Source: Fimbriimonas sp.
GTDB taxonomy: Bacteria; Armatimonadota; Fimbriimonadia; Fimbriimonadales; Fimbriimonadaceae
Reading direction: 5' to 3'
Length of the DNA stretch: 64,000 nucleotides
Assembly: GCA_041288075.1 (NCBI GenBank)
Contig: JBGGMI010000238.1
Location: 959-64,958 of the forward strand
Part shown: one piece after another, positions 10,107-18,967 of the stretch
Position numbering within the stretch: the first letter of the stretch is position 1
Layout: each line of letters begins with the position of its first letter
Position numbers and translations under genes: made by a program
The notes under the pieces: generated by a model
The model's input: only the letters and a program-made list of their open reading frames with translations
What the model was told of the DNA's origin: nothing
Databases searched by the model: none

Positions 10107-10346
10107 CATTCGTCCCTAAATCCCGGCCATATCCGTCCCGGGGGAGATTTGCTTCACCTTTAGGGCGGATGCGGCGATTGATCTTTGGCGGTGCCTACAT
10201 TAAATAGCTTTGCAAAAGATTTTTGTCAACCGGTTTTGAAAATTGGTTTCAACCCTGGGACGAACTTTGAGTTGGTGCTTCCCTTGGCGTCCTTAGCGAT
10301 CTTTGCGAGAACTCCGGACGCAGGCACAAGCCATCCTGCGACTACA
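10106..10346. repeat. Composite intergenic repeat, copy A (66-bp hairpin + TTTTGTCAAC motif + GTAG-type REP)
   Basis: Same modules in the same order at 53236-53447; 30 of the first 34 nt identical. Confidence 0.7.
10318..10346 (-). repeat. GTAG-type REP-like palindrome, copy 1
   Basis: acgcaggcacaagccatcctgcgactaca; stem cgcagg/cctgcg; reads TGTAG at the 5' end on the minus strand. Confidence 0.75.
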
Positions 10347-10383
10347 GTTCCGGAATTCACGCGCTAAAACTCGATATCAAGGG

Positions 10384-10800
10384 TCAATCAATTTCTAGGG
10401 ACTTGAACCTTGTCTCGGTGGCATCGAACTTGTCGCTTAGAATTCGGAAGGCCCTGTGGACGCGAGACCGAATCTCGGCGGCGTTCTCGGCTTCGATGCT
10501 GCCGGATGGGAAGTTTTTCGGGTCGCTTCGCTGGTTCAGCTTATCGAAAGCTTTGCGAATCTCGTCGAAGGTCGCGGTTGGGGTGACGCCGAGAATTTGG
10601 CGGGCCAGGTCTTCGTCGCTTAGCTGGACCATCTCCACCTGCGTCTCTTCCGAATAGGCGGTGCGGCGATAGCCGGGGCCGGCGAGGGCGGCGTTTAGCT
10701 CCTCTTCGGCAGGGTCGAGGCCGTCGATCCCCTTGATACGCTCCCACTCGTGGTTTACGTATCCGCGAAGCAGATCATATGCGCGGCGCCCTGTGCTCAT
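10384..10800 (-). CDS. J-domain-like protein (degenerate, no HPD)
   Basis: ARQILGVTPTATFDEIRKAFDKL...DPK...RVHRAFRIL matches DnaJ helices; start re-placed at ATG 10800 with TACAAT 6 nt upstream. Confidence 0.65.
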   Translation of the reverse strand: MSTGRRAYDLLRGYVNHEWERIKGIDGLDPAEEELNAALAGPGYRRTAYSEETQVEMVQLSDEDLARQILGVTPTATFDEIRKAFDKLNQRSDPKNFPSGSIEAENAAEIRSRVHRAFRILSDKFDATETRFKSLEID

Positions 10801-11030
10801 ATCTAGATTGTAGATTGCGGCGGCCTCGTTTGAGTCTGAACGGCGTAAGATTCGCAATTCTATTGGGCAAAACGAACGGGGGGCGGGCATTGCGAGTCAT
10901 AATGAGGACGCTACAGCCTTGTTTCGAACTTCTCAGTCCATTCAGCCTCGCGCGGAATTAAGCAACGAGATCGGAGACCGCAAGACCGTGCAACACAGTG
11001 GGTTTCAGCCCACGCAAACGGAGGCCTGAA

Positions 11031-11447
11031 TTGGCAAGCAAAACACTATACGTCGGTAACATTTCCTATAGCAGCAGCGAGAGCGATCTTCAAACCGCTT
11101 TCTCCGCCTATGGAGCAAACAACATTCGAATCATCGAAGGACGCGGATTCGCGTTCGTCGATGTCGACGCGGAGCAGCTCGAAGCTGCGATCGCAGACAA
11201 GCACGGCACCCAACTCGACGGTCGCACCCTGACCGTCAACGAGGCTCGTCCTCGTGAGAACCGCACCGGCGGTGGTGGCGGCGGCGGCAGCTACGGCGGC
11301 GGCGGAGGCGGCGGTGGCCGCTCCGGTGGCGGCGGTGGCTACGGCGGCGGTGGCGGCGGTGGCCGTTCATCCGGCGGTGGTGGCGGCGGCTACGGCGGCG
11401 GAAGCAGCGGTGGCGGCGGTGGCCGAAGCAAGGGCGGACGCTGGTAA
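11031..11447 (+). CDS. RRM-type RNA-binding protein with glycine-rich tail
   Basis: RNP2 LYVGNI, RNP1 RGFAFVD, GRTLTVNEARPR, then G-rich tail; TTG start 6 nt after GGAGG. Confidence 0.92.
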   Translation: MASKTLYVGNISYSSSESDLQTAFSAYGANNIRIIEGRGFAFVDVDAEQLEAAIADKHGTQLDGRTLTVNEARPRENRTGGGGGGGSYGGGGGGGGRSGGGGGYGGGGGGGRSSGGGGGGYGGGSSGGGGGRSKGGRW

Positions 11448-11468
11448 ATCAGCGTTTAGCTTAAAATG

Positions 11469-11507
11469 AAACCCCGCACTCTTGGAGTGCGGGGTTTTTC
11501 TTTTTTT
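11469..11507 (+). terminator. Rho-independent terminator of the RRM gene
   Basis: aaaccccgcactc-ttg-gagtgcggggttt followed by a T-tract. Confidence 0.88.
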
Positions 11508-11541
11508 AGGAGTCGGGGAGTCTAGGAGTCTAGGAGTCGGG

Positions 11542-12309
11542 ATGCGGGAAAGGATCTTAGCTGAGTTGCAACGGGTCGAGCGCGAACAAGGGGTCCGGGT
11601 GTTGTTTGGTTGTGAGTCGGGGAGCCGGGCCTGGGGGTTTGCTTCGCCGGACAGCGATTGGGATGTCCGCTTCATTTACGCGCACGATCTGAACTGGTAC
11701 CTCTCGGTCGAAACGCATCGCGATGTGATCGAGCGGATGCTGCCGGACGACCTGGATCTGGCGGGGTGGGACATTCGGAAGGCGCTCGGTCTGTTGCGCA
11801 AGAGCAACCCTTCCCTGCTCGAATGGCTGAACTCGCCGATCATCTACCGTGCGGACGAATCGTTCCTCAAAGAGATTCGGGCTCTGGCGCAGTCCACTTG
11901 GTCGGCGAGCCGACTGCTGCACCATTACTTGAGCATGGCGAGAAGCAATTCTCGAACCTATCTGCAGGGTGAGCAGGTGTCGCGTAAGAAGTATCTGTAC
12001 GCGCTCCGGCCCTTGTTGGCGGCGCAGTGGATCGAGCGCGGGTCCGGCTTGCCGCCGATAGAGTTCGACCGACTTCGCGCGGCTTCCGATCTGGACGTGG
12101 CGACTCAAGGCGCCATTGATCGGCTGCTCGAACAGAAGAAGGTTGGCAATGAGCTCGCGGCTGGGCCGCCGATTCCTGAACTCTCCGCGTTCATCGACTC
12201 CGAGCTGGAGCGGTTGGATGGATTGCGTTCTGTTGAGGCGGGTGCTCCCAACCTGGAGCTCTTTGATATCTTCTTCCGCAAGTGGATCGGGCGAAAGAAC
12301 GCCCTATAG
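11542..12309 (+). CDS. Pol-beta superfamily nucleotidyltransferase (YcgL/RlaP-like)
   Basis: CESGSRAWGFASPDSDWDVRF, GWDIRKAL, KSNPSLLEWLNSPI, KKYLYALRP motifs; start re-placed at ATG 11542. Confidence 0.85.
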   Translation: MRERILAELQRVEREQGVRVLFGCESGSRAWGFASPDSDWDVRFIYAHDLNWYLSVETHRDVIERMLPDDLDLAGWDIRKALGLLRKSNPSLLEWLNSPIIYRADESFLKEIRALAQSTWSASRLLHHYLSMARSNSRTYLQGEQVSRKKYLYALRPLLAAQWIERGSGLPPIEFDRLRAASDLDVATQGAIDRLLEQKKVGNELAAGPPIPELSAFIDSELERLDGLRSVEAGAPNLELFDIFFRKWIGRKNAL

Positions 12310-12347
12310 GTCTTATATGACTTATAGGGCGTAGAGTGGGTTGAGGT

Positions 12348-13139
12348 TTATCGTGCGCCGTGTCGAACCAAGACCGCCTTGAAGGTTCGGCAGAGGATGC
12401 TGATGTCGTATCTCAGCGACGAACGGTGGTAGTAGGTTCGGTCGAGAGCGACGCGCTGGTCGTAGCTCGTGTCGCTGCGTCCGCTGCACTGCCAGAGACC
12501 GGCGCAACCAGGCTTCATCGCAAGATAGATCTCGGCGTTCTCGCCGTACTTCGCCAGCTCGGGCTCGACGATCGGCCGAGGACCGACGAGGCTCATGTCG
12601 CCTTTGAGCACGTTGAAGAGCTGGGGCAGCTCGTCGAGCGTGGACTCTCGCAGGAACTTGCCAAGCTTCGAGATGCGAGGATCGTTCTCGATCTTGTAGG
12701 TTCGGCGATATTCCTCCAAAAGCTCAGGGCGCGAGCGGAGCACTTCCTCCGCATTCTTCACCATCGTTCGGAACTTGTAGATGTAAAACGTCTTGCCGCA
12801 GTAGCCGAGTCGCTTTTGGCGGAACACGACCGGGAAGCCGTCCTGAAGTCCGATGGCAAGGGCGACGAGGATCAGCACCGGCGCGAGGAGGACGATCAGC
12901 GTTGCGGCAACAACGATATCGAACACTCGCTTGGCGATCTGATAGAAAGACTGGTTGTATCGAAGGCCCCTATCGAGGATGATCTCTCGAGGCAGCCTTG
13001 CCGGCTGATCGAGATCGTCTCGGCGGCGTCGCTCGATGATCTGGGTTGTAATTGCGGGGGCGTCAAAAGTCGCACCACCTAGCAAATCCGTAGCATGAAT
13101 TGTTCTCCGTGATACTCGCACACTCATTTTAACTAGCAC
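12348..13139 (-). CDS. Bacterial sugar (phosphoglycosyl) transferase, WcaJ/WbaP-like C-terminal domain
   Basis: KRVFDIVVA, FYIYKFRTM, DPRISKLGKFLRESTLDELPQLFNVLKGDMSLVGPRP, KPGCAGLWQCSGRS; exact start uncertain. Confidence 0.9.
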   Translation of the reverse strand: MLVKMSVRVSRRTIHATDLLGGATFDAPAITTQIIERRRRDDLDQPARLPREIILDRGLRYNQSFYQIAKRVFDIVVAATLIVLLAPVLILVALAIGLQDGFPVVFRQKRLGYCGKTFYIYKFRTMVKNAEEVLRSRPELLEEYRRTYKIENDPRISKLGKFLRESTLDELPQLFNVLKGDMSLVGPRPIVEPELAKYGENAEIYLAMKPGCAGLWQCSGRSDTSYDQRVALDRTYYHRSSLRYDISILCRTFKAVLVRHGAR

Positions 13140-13509
13140 TCTCCCAAATGCTGGTGGAGGGGGCCGATCTCGGCTTTTAAGGTGGCTGCTGGACTCTCTC
13201 TCAGGCTCTTACCGACCACCCTCACACTTACATGCAACTGGCGTTAAAAGTGCTGTGTTTGTTCCTGGTAAATATGCTTGCTGGGCACCTAGCATGGCAA
13301 AAAGTGACATTTTTTCGTTTGCAGTGGCTAACATGCTCCGATTTCTGTGCCGCTCTGACCAAAAGCCGCCTTAGAATGTTCCTCACGGGCAAAGAAGGCG
13401 CAATAACAACAAATATCGAGTCGGGGCACTCTGCAACAACTACTAGCTACGCTGCCGGTAAGGCCATCGAGCAGTTGGCAAGAAAACCTCGTCCAATTTC
13501 ACTAATGCT

Positions 13510-13998
13510 ATGAAACGAATCAACTTCACCGTAACGGAGATCTTTATGATCCTGCTGATCATCGGTGTCGTTTCGGCAGTTATCTGGCCCGCGCGTGGGA
13601 ACCCTGGGGTGGCAAAGGCCTCGATGTGCATCAGCAACTCGAAGTCGATCGCCGCGGGGCTTTCTGTTTATGCCGCGGACTTCGACCACCATTATCCGCC
13701 GGCTTCGAACTGGGTCGTGGCGACGGACTCGTATATAAAGGGCCGTGAGATCTATCGTTGCCCGGCCTCTGACTCGCAGTTTTCCTATGCTATGAATGAA
13801 GGCGTAGGGGCGGCGAATATTGCTCAGGAGAAGAGTCCGGAGTACACGGTCGCGACATTCGAGTCTACGAAGGGCGTGATCAATGCCCACGACAAGCTGC
13901 ACAGCTTCCCGAGGCCCGGGCGGCATGGCGAGAAGAGCACGGTTTCGTACCTCGATGGGCACGCGAAGAGCGTGCTGACGCTGGCGCAGAAGCCCTGA
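13510..13998 (+). CDS. Prepilin-like protein with H-X9-DG C-terminal motif
   Basis: FTVTEIFMILLIIGVVSAVIWP pilin-like helix; CISNSKSI..GLSVYAADFD, YRCP, RHGEKSTVSYLDGHAK. Confidence 0.78.
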   Translation: MKRINFTVTEIFMILLIIGVVSAVIWPARGNPGVAKASMCISNSKSIAAGLSVYAADFDHHYPPASNWVVATDSYIKGREIYRCPASDSQFSYAMNEGVGAANIAQEKSPEYTVATFESTKGVINAHDKLHSFPRPGRHGEKSTVSYLDGHAKSVLTLAQKP

Positions 13999-13999
13999 G

Positions 14000-14887
14000 C
14001 TAGACCTTGCTGGTTAGCTCGGGCACTGCGTCGTACAGGTCGGCCACTAGTCCGTAGTCGGCGACTTCGAAGATAGGGGCGTCGCCATCTTTATTGATCG
14101 CCACGATGACTTTGCTGTCCTTGATGCCCGCCATGTGCTGGGTGGAGCCTGAGATTCCGGCGGCGATATAGAGGTCAGGGGCGACGATCTTTCCGGTCTG
14201 GCCAACCTGGAGTTCGTTGGCCGCGATGCCGGAGTCCACGGCTGCGCGGGTCGCGCCCACGGCTCCGCCGAGCTTGTCGGCGAGGCCACCAATGATACGC
14301 TCGAAGGTTTCCGCGTCCTTTAGGGGACGGCCTCCGGAGACGACGACCTTTGCCTGCGAGAGATCCGGGCGCGAACCGCCTCGGCCGGTTACGGATACGC
14401 GGCGGGCTTTGGAGGTTCCGTCGAGAGCGATGGTTTCGACGGCGGATGAGCCGGACCTTTCGGGCTTCGAGAAGCCAGCGGGGCGGAAGGTGATGACGAC
14501 CGGTTCGGCGAGCACTTCAACCGTTGCGACGATCGAGCCGGCGACCATGGGTCTTTTGAATACCGTAGGGGACTCCAACGCGATCGCGTCGGTGACCATC
14601 GCTGCGTCGAGCAATCCGGCCAGACGCGCGAGGACGTCCTTCGACCTCATGCTTGCCACCGCGGCAATGTGCGAGAAGCCAGATGCCACTCCGACGAGGG
14701 CCATTGCGATTCCGTCAGCGGGCGGAACTTCGGGTAGGCCGGCGCTGAGGATCTTCTCCGCACCCAGGTCAGAATCGACGGAACCGGTGATGGCGAGAAG
14801 GTCGAAGGGGAGACCGAGATCTTTGGCGAATCCGGCACCCATCACCGCGTCGGACGGCTCGAAAGCGATCAACAGTAAACGGGCCAT
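14000..14887 (-). CDS. etfA: Electron transfer flavoprotein alpha subunit
   Basis: DLSQAKVVVSGGR, GATRAAVDSG, QVGQTGKIVAPDLYIAAGISGSTQHMAG, AINKDGDAPIF; start at ATG 14887 overlapping the etfB stop. Confidence 0.92.
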   Translation of the reverse strand: MARLLLIAFEPSDAVMGAGFAKDLGLPFDLLAITGSVDSDLGAEKILSAGLPEVPPADGIAMALVGVASGFSHIAAVASMRSKDVLARLAGLLDAAMVTDAIALESPTVFKRPMVAGSIVATVEVLAEPVVITFRPAGFSKPERSGSSAVETIALDGTSKARRVSVTGRGGSRPDLSQAKVVVSGGRPLKDAETFERIIGGLADKLGGAVGATRAAVDSGIAANELQVGQTGKIVAPDLYIAAGISGSTQHMAGIKDSKVIVAINKDGDAPIFEVADYGLVADLYDAVPELTSKV

Positions 14888-15624
14888 TACAGAACACCTC
14901 GATCTTTCAGGGCGGCGACGAGCTCGTCCACGCTTCCTACTCTCTTCCCTGCCGAGCGCCTCGGGGGTTGCTCCAATTTTACGATACGTGTCTTGGGAGT
15001 TGCGTTGACTGCGGCGGGCCTTCTTTCTAGGGGCTTGCTTCGGGCCTTGATAATGCCGGGGAGTGCGATGTAGCGGGGCTCGTTTAGCCGAAGGTCGGCG
15101 GTGACGACCGCGGGGAGGCTTAGCTCGAGTGTCTCTTCGCCCGTGTCGGTTTCTCTCACGACGGTTGCGGTGGTTCCTGAGATCTCGACTTTGGAGGCGA
15201 ATGTGGCCTGGGGCCAACCGAGGCGGGCGGCGAGCATTTGGGCCGCCTGGTTATTGTCGTCGTCGGTAGCCTGCTTTCCCATGAGCACCAGGTCGGGCTG
15301 CAGCTCGCGAACCAGGGCTTCCAGTTCCTTTGCGACGCCTGGGGAATCCAACGATTGCTCTGTTTCGATTAATACGGCTTTATCGGCGCCCATCGCAAGG
15401 GATTTTCGGAGTTGCTCTTCGCATTCCCCGCCGCCGATGCTGACGGACACGATCTCGATGGAGCCGTCCTTTTCCTTCAGGCGGACCGCTTCTTCCATAG
15501 CGATCTCGTCGAAGGGGTTGATCTCGAACTTTACGCCCGAGGTATCGATGCCGCTGCCGTCGGGAAGGGGCCGAACCTTGGCGTATGGGTCGATGACGCG
15601 CTTGATGGGGACAAGGATTCTCAT
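14887..15624 (-). CDS. etfB: Electron transfer flavoprotein beta subunit
   Basis: ILVPIKRVID, INPFDEIAMEEAVRLKE, AMGADKA, GKQATDDDNNQ, LRLNEPRY motifs. Confidence 0.93.
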   Translation of the reverse strand: MRILVPIKRVIDPYAKVRPLPDGSGIDTSGVKFEINPFDEIAMEEAVRLKEKDGSIEIVSVSIGGGECEEQLRKSLAMGADKAVLIETEQSLDSPGVAKELEALVRELQPDLVLMGKQATDDDNNQAAQMLAARLGWPQATFASKVEISGTTATVVRETDTGEETLELSLPAVVTADLRLNEPRYIALPGIIKARSKPLERRPAAVNATPKTRIVKLEQPPRRSAGKRVGSVDELVAALKDRGVL

Positions 15625-15794
15625 AGGTGATCGAGCGAGGCTCGACCTTGAGATTACTTGAGCGGAGGGAGGAGGCGCTGACTGGCGGTGGGGAAATTGC
15701 TAGGGTTCTGCTCTTTCTACGACTCAGCGAAAGAAGCAGATTTTCACCTTGAAAACGACCAAATATATAGACTCCCCCTTTACAATGGACCTAG

Positions 15795-18700
15795 ATGCGA
15801 AAAATCTTGCTCTTTAGTGCCATTGCCGCGCTGCTTACTCTGGTGCCGGTTCGAGAGGCACAGGGACAAGACGTGCTTGAACCCACCTGGACGCGTGGCG
15901 CGGTGGATGTTCCCATGCAGTTCTCCAGAGATGGCGGAGTGGTCATGGCGCATAACAACGGGGGCGTTCGCGCTTGGGATACCGCGACGAACAAGATGAT
16001 CTGTTCGATCGGGGTGGCTTCCAACGGCCAAGTCATCGAGAGCTATGGGCTGGGATTCTTCTACTCGTCTGGTGACCGGGCTCGAATCTTCTATTACGAC
16101 TCTGTGAAGCGGGTGGCCTCGTCGATCAAAGTCGATGGAACGCAATATGGCATTGCGCAGGCGCTTGCGCTTTCTTCTGATGGGAAGAAGCTGGCGTACG
16201 TGACGACCAACAACACGACGGGCCGGGAGACGATCGTTACGATCGACGCGCAGGATGGGGCCACGCTTAGCCGTTGGGCGTTGCCGGCGGGCCTTTCATG
16301 CGCGCAGATCGCCTGGGTGAACGGAGATCAGCGAATTCTCATTGGCGGCATGCCCGGTACGGGTATGCGGTTGTACACGAATTTGGGTGTTCAGGTCGTT
16401 GTCAGATCGACGTTTCCCAATTGGTTCACGGTGTCACCGGATACGCTGAACGTTTACACACGCGACGATGGCGGCAACCTGGCTGCCTTGAAGACGGCGG
16501 GCTCACTGACGACGAAGTGGAGCGTTCCCAGCGACATCGACCCACGCATGCGGGTTTCGTCCGACGGTCGGACGCTGCTGGCGAGGGGTATGGACGATGC
16601 CGAGAAGTATTACGGGATTCGACAATACAGCACAGAAAACGGTGCCCTCTTGGGGGGTTCTTTGAACGTCTCGGAGGAGCATGCGGTGAGGGAATTCGCG
16701 GTCGATCCGGCGAGCAACATCGTTATGTTGTTCAGCTACACCGGAGGTGCCTCGATTCAGCGTTGGAGCTTTGATTCGGACAGTGGGGATGGCTCGAGGT
16801 TGGCGGACCTGGAAGCACGAGGTCCGGGCGTCAAAACCGAATCGGTGGGAATCCCTTCTGTCCCGGTCACGGTGACGGACGATCCGTGGAACCTTGTGTA
16901 CGACATGTTCAATGCGGCTAACGCGAGCATGATTCGCCGCGTGCCGAGAAGCCCGGTTGTTTTCAGTCCTCATGGAACGCACTACATCCAGATCGGGCAG
17001 AGGCCATCAGACGGAGCCGTCGGGGCTCATGTGTATCGGACCAGCGACAATGCGTGGCTCGCTTCCTCTTTGGGCAGCGATATTCAAACGGCGGGATGGA
17101 GCACTTCAACGAATACGGTGATCTGGACATGGCGGACCACGAACGTCATTCGAACGATGGCCTTCGACGGGGCAAATCTCAATTTGATCAGCGAAATCTC
17201 GGGCCCAAACACGGGTGACGTCAAGATCAATGCCGGCAACACCCGGACAGCGTTTTACGGCAACAATTTCAACATCTACGACACCGTGACGGGTGCGCTG
17301 ACTGGCACCATCGATAGGGGCGACAGCTTTACAGGCGCGGTCCGATGGGGCTTTTGCGGTGACATCCTTTGGGTTTACGACTGGGGCTTCAATGGAGCCA
17401 CCACCTACACTTGCCGCCTTCGGTTCTACTTTGTTCAGAACACGCCTCTGCTGCTGAACACCATCAGCTTTGATCAGGAATGGCAGCCATACGATGTCGG
17501 CACGGCTGCGGTGAGCGACGATGGCTCGATTGCGGTCATGGGTCGATCGATGGGGCAGGATGGGAAGGAGCTTGCGCTGAGCGAGATGCGGGTCTATCGA
17601 GTGGTGGACGGCGCGCTTCTGAAGCGATACGACCGAAACTTCACGGATTGGGCGATCAAGTCGACGAGTATTTCCAAGGACAACGTCACGTTCTGCTTCG
17701 TCGGCTCGGACGTAAGGACGCTTGTGGGAGCCGAGCTTCCGGCGATCCTGCAAGGATTCTCGCTTGCTCCAGGCATCGTTGTGGGCGGGAACTCGGCAAC
17801 GGGGACGTTGCTCCTGAACCGGCCAGCTCCTGCGGGGGGCATCGTTGTTTCGGTCTCGGCTCCGGGACTCATTGTTCCCGCCACGGTCACGGTTGCTGCA
17901 GGTGCTTTGTCGGCGCAATTCAGTGTGGGCACGACAGGGGTCGATACGATGGTGACGCGACCGGTGACGGTATCTTATGGCGGGCTGTCTCGGACGGAGT
18001 CAATCGATGTCTATCCGCCCACTGTGATGTCGATTGCTTTCGTGCCGAGCAGTGTGGATGGTGGGCAGTCATCTGTAGGCACCATCACGCTTAATGGTAA
18101 GGCGGGGCCAAGCGGATTCGTTGTCAGCTTGAGTTCGGACAAGTCGTATGTGACAGTTCCCGGGGCGAAGACGGTTGATGCCGGTGCCTCGACCGCCACC
18201 TTCACAGCAACGACTACTGATCCGGGCACGAGTGGGATTGCGACTGTTACCGGTGTGCGGGGAGCGGTAACTGGGAGTGGAACGCTGCAAGTCTATATTC
18301 CAGGTGCATCGGTGCAGTTTGTCGAGAGTGCGGTGAAGGGCGGGAACGCTTTAACGCTTAGGATCACGCTTCTGGCGCAGGCACCCGCCGGCGGCGCTGC
18401 GTTTAATCTTGCGGGGGATTCGCTTAGCAATCCCGTTCCGCAGTTCACCGTTCCGGCTGGCGCGACGACCTTTGACCTTGGCGTCGATACGAACGCGACG
18501 CTTGTGGATGCTGCAACGACGGTGACGGTAACGCCGGCCAGTGGCGGAGGTGGGCCGAAGACGGCCACAGCCATGGTGAAGGCACCCATTTTCGTCGCTT
18601 TGACGGCAGTTCAAACGGTTGTCGCAGGGGCTAAAACGATCAAGGTGCAGGTCTCGCTCGACGGGATTGCGCCGGCGGGTCTTAGCTATGCGGTGTCTTC

Positions 18701-18860
18701 CAGTTCGGCGTTCATCACGGTCCCGGCTTCGGTGACTGTGCCGGCAGGGGAGTTTTCGGTGAACGTGGATCTGACGGTGAAGAAGACGGCTACGGCCAAG
18801 AGTGTGAAGATCACGATCGGCTCCAAGATCATCACGATCCTTCTGAAGGCGAACCCTTGA
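15795..18860 (+). CDS. Large secreted protein: N-terminal WD40/YVTN-like beta-propeller region plus four ~93-aa Ig-like repeats (paralog 1)
   Basis: Signal peptide; repeated ALSSDG/VSSDG/FSP blades; repeats V.GG...G...L...AP.GG...VP..VTV.AG...F. Confidence 0.75.
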   Translation: MRKILLFSAIAALLTLVPVREAQGQDVLEPTWTRGAVDVPMQFSRDGGVVMAHNNGGVRAWDTATNKMICSIGVASNGQVIESYGLGFFYSSGDRARIFYYDSVKRVASSIKVDGTQYGIAQALALSSDGKKLAYVTTNNTTGRETIVTIDAQDGATLSRWALPAGLSCAQIAWVNGDQRILIGGMPGTGMRLYTNLGVQVVVRSTFPNWFTVSPDTLNVYTRDDGGNLAALKTAGSLTTKWSVPSDIDPRMRVSSDGRTLLARGMDDAEKYYGIRQYSTENGALLGGSLNVSEEHAVREFAVDPASNIVMLFSYTGGASIQRWSFDSDSGDGSRLADLEARGPGVKTESVGIPSVPVTVTDDPWNLVYDMFNAANASMIRRVPRSPVVFSPHGTHYIQIGQRPSDGAVGAHVYRTSDNAWLASSLGSDIQTAGWSTSTNTVIWTWRTTNVIRTMAFDGANLNLISEISGPNTGDVKINAGNTRTAFYGNNFNIYDTVTGALTGTIDRGDSFTGAVRWGFCGDILWVYDWGFNGATTYTCRLRFYFVQNTPLLLNTISFDQEWQPYDVGTAAVSDDGSIAVMGRSMGQDGKELALSEMRVYRVVDGALLKRYDRNFTDWAIKSTSISKDNVTFCFVGSDVRTLVGAELPAILQGFSLAPGIVVGGNSATGTLLLNRPAPAGGIVVSVSAPGLIVPATVTVAAGALSAQFSVGTTGVDTMVTRPVTVSYGGLSRTESIDVYPPTVMSIAFVPSSVDGGQSSVGTITLNGKAGPSGFVVSLSSDKSYVTVPGAKTVDAGASTATFTATTTDPGTSGIATVTGVRGAVTGSGTLQVYIPGASVQFVESAVKGGNALTLRITLLAQAPAGGAAFNLAGDSLSNPVPQFTVPAGATTFDLGVDTNATLVDAATTVTVTPASGGGGPKTATAMVKAPIFVALTAVQTVVAGAKTIKVQVSLDGIAPAGLSYAVSSSSAFITVPASVTVPAGEFSVNVDLTVKKTATAKSVKITIGSKIITILLKANP

Positions 18861-18967
18861 TCAAGCAGCAGAAATCAACCACACGATGATCGAAATATTG
18901 CGAGAACGAGCGCAACAAGAGCTATGACCTTGTTGGGGCATCTGCATTGCTCTAGACTAGGAGAGCT

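Noticed and set aside
11270-11430. (GGC)n-rich low-complexity tract
   Set aside because: Fully explained as the glycine-rich tail of the RRM protein
13140-13509. 370-bp intergenic region with CTCTCAGG and GGGCAAA fragments resembling glycine or c-di-GMP riboswitch pieces
   Set aside because: The remaining conserved motifs and stems could not be found; likely divergent promoters
15676-15745. TGACTGGCG (ZTP-riboswitch-like) and a nearby hairpin
   Set aside because: No downstream CGCCTGGG pseudoknot partner, and the downstream gene has its own leaderless -10
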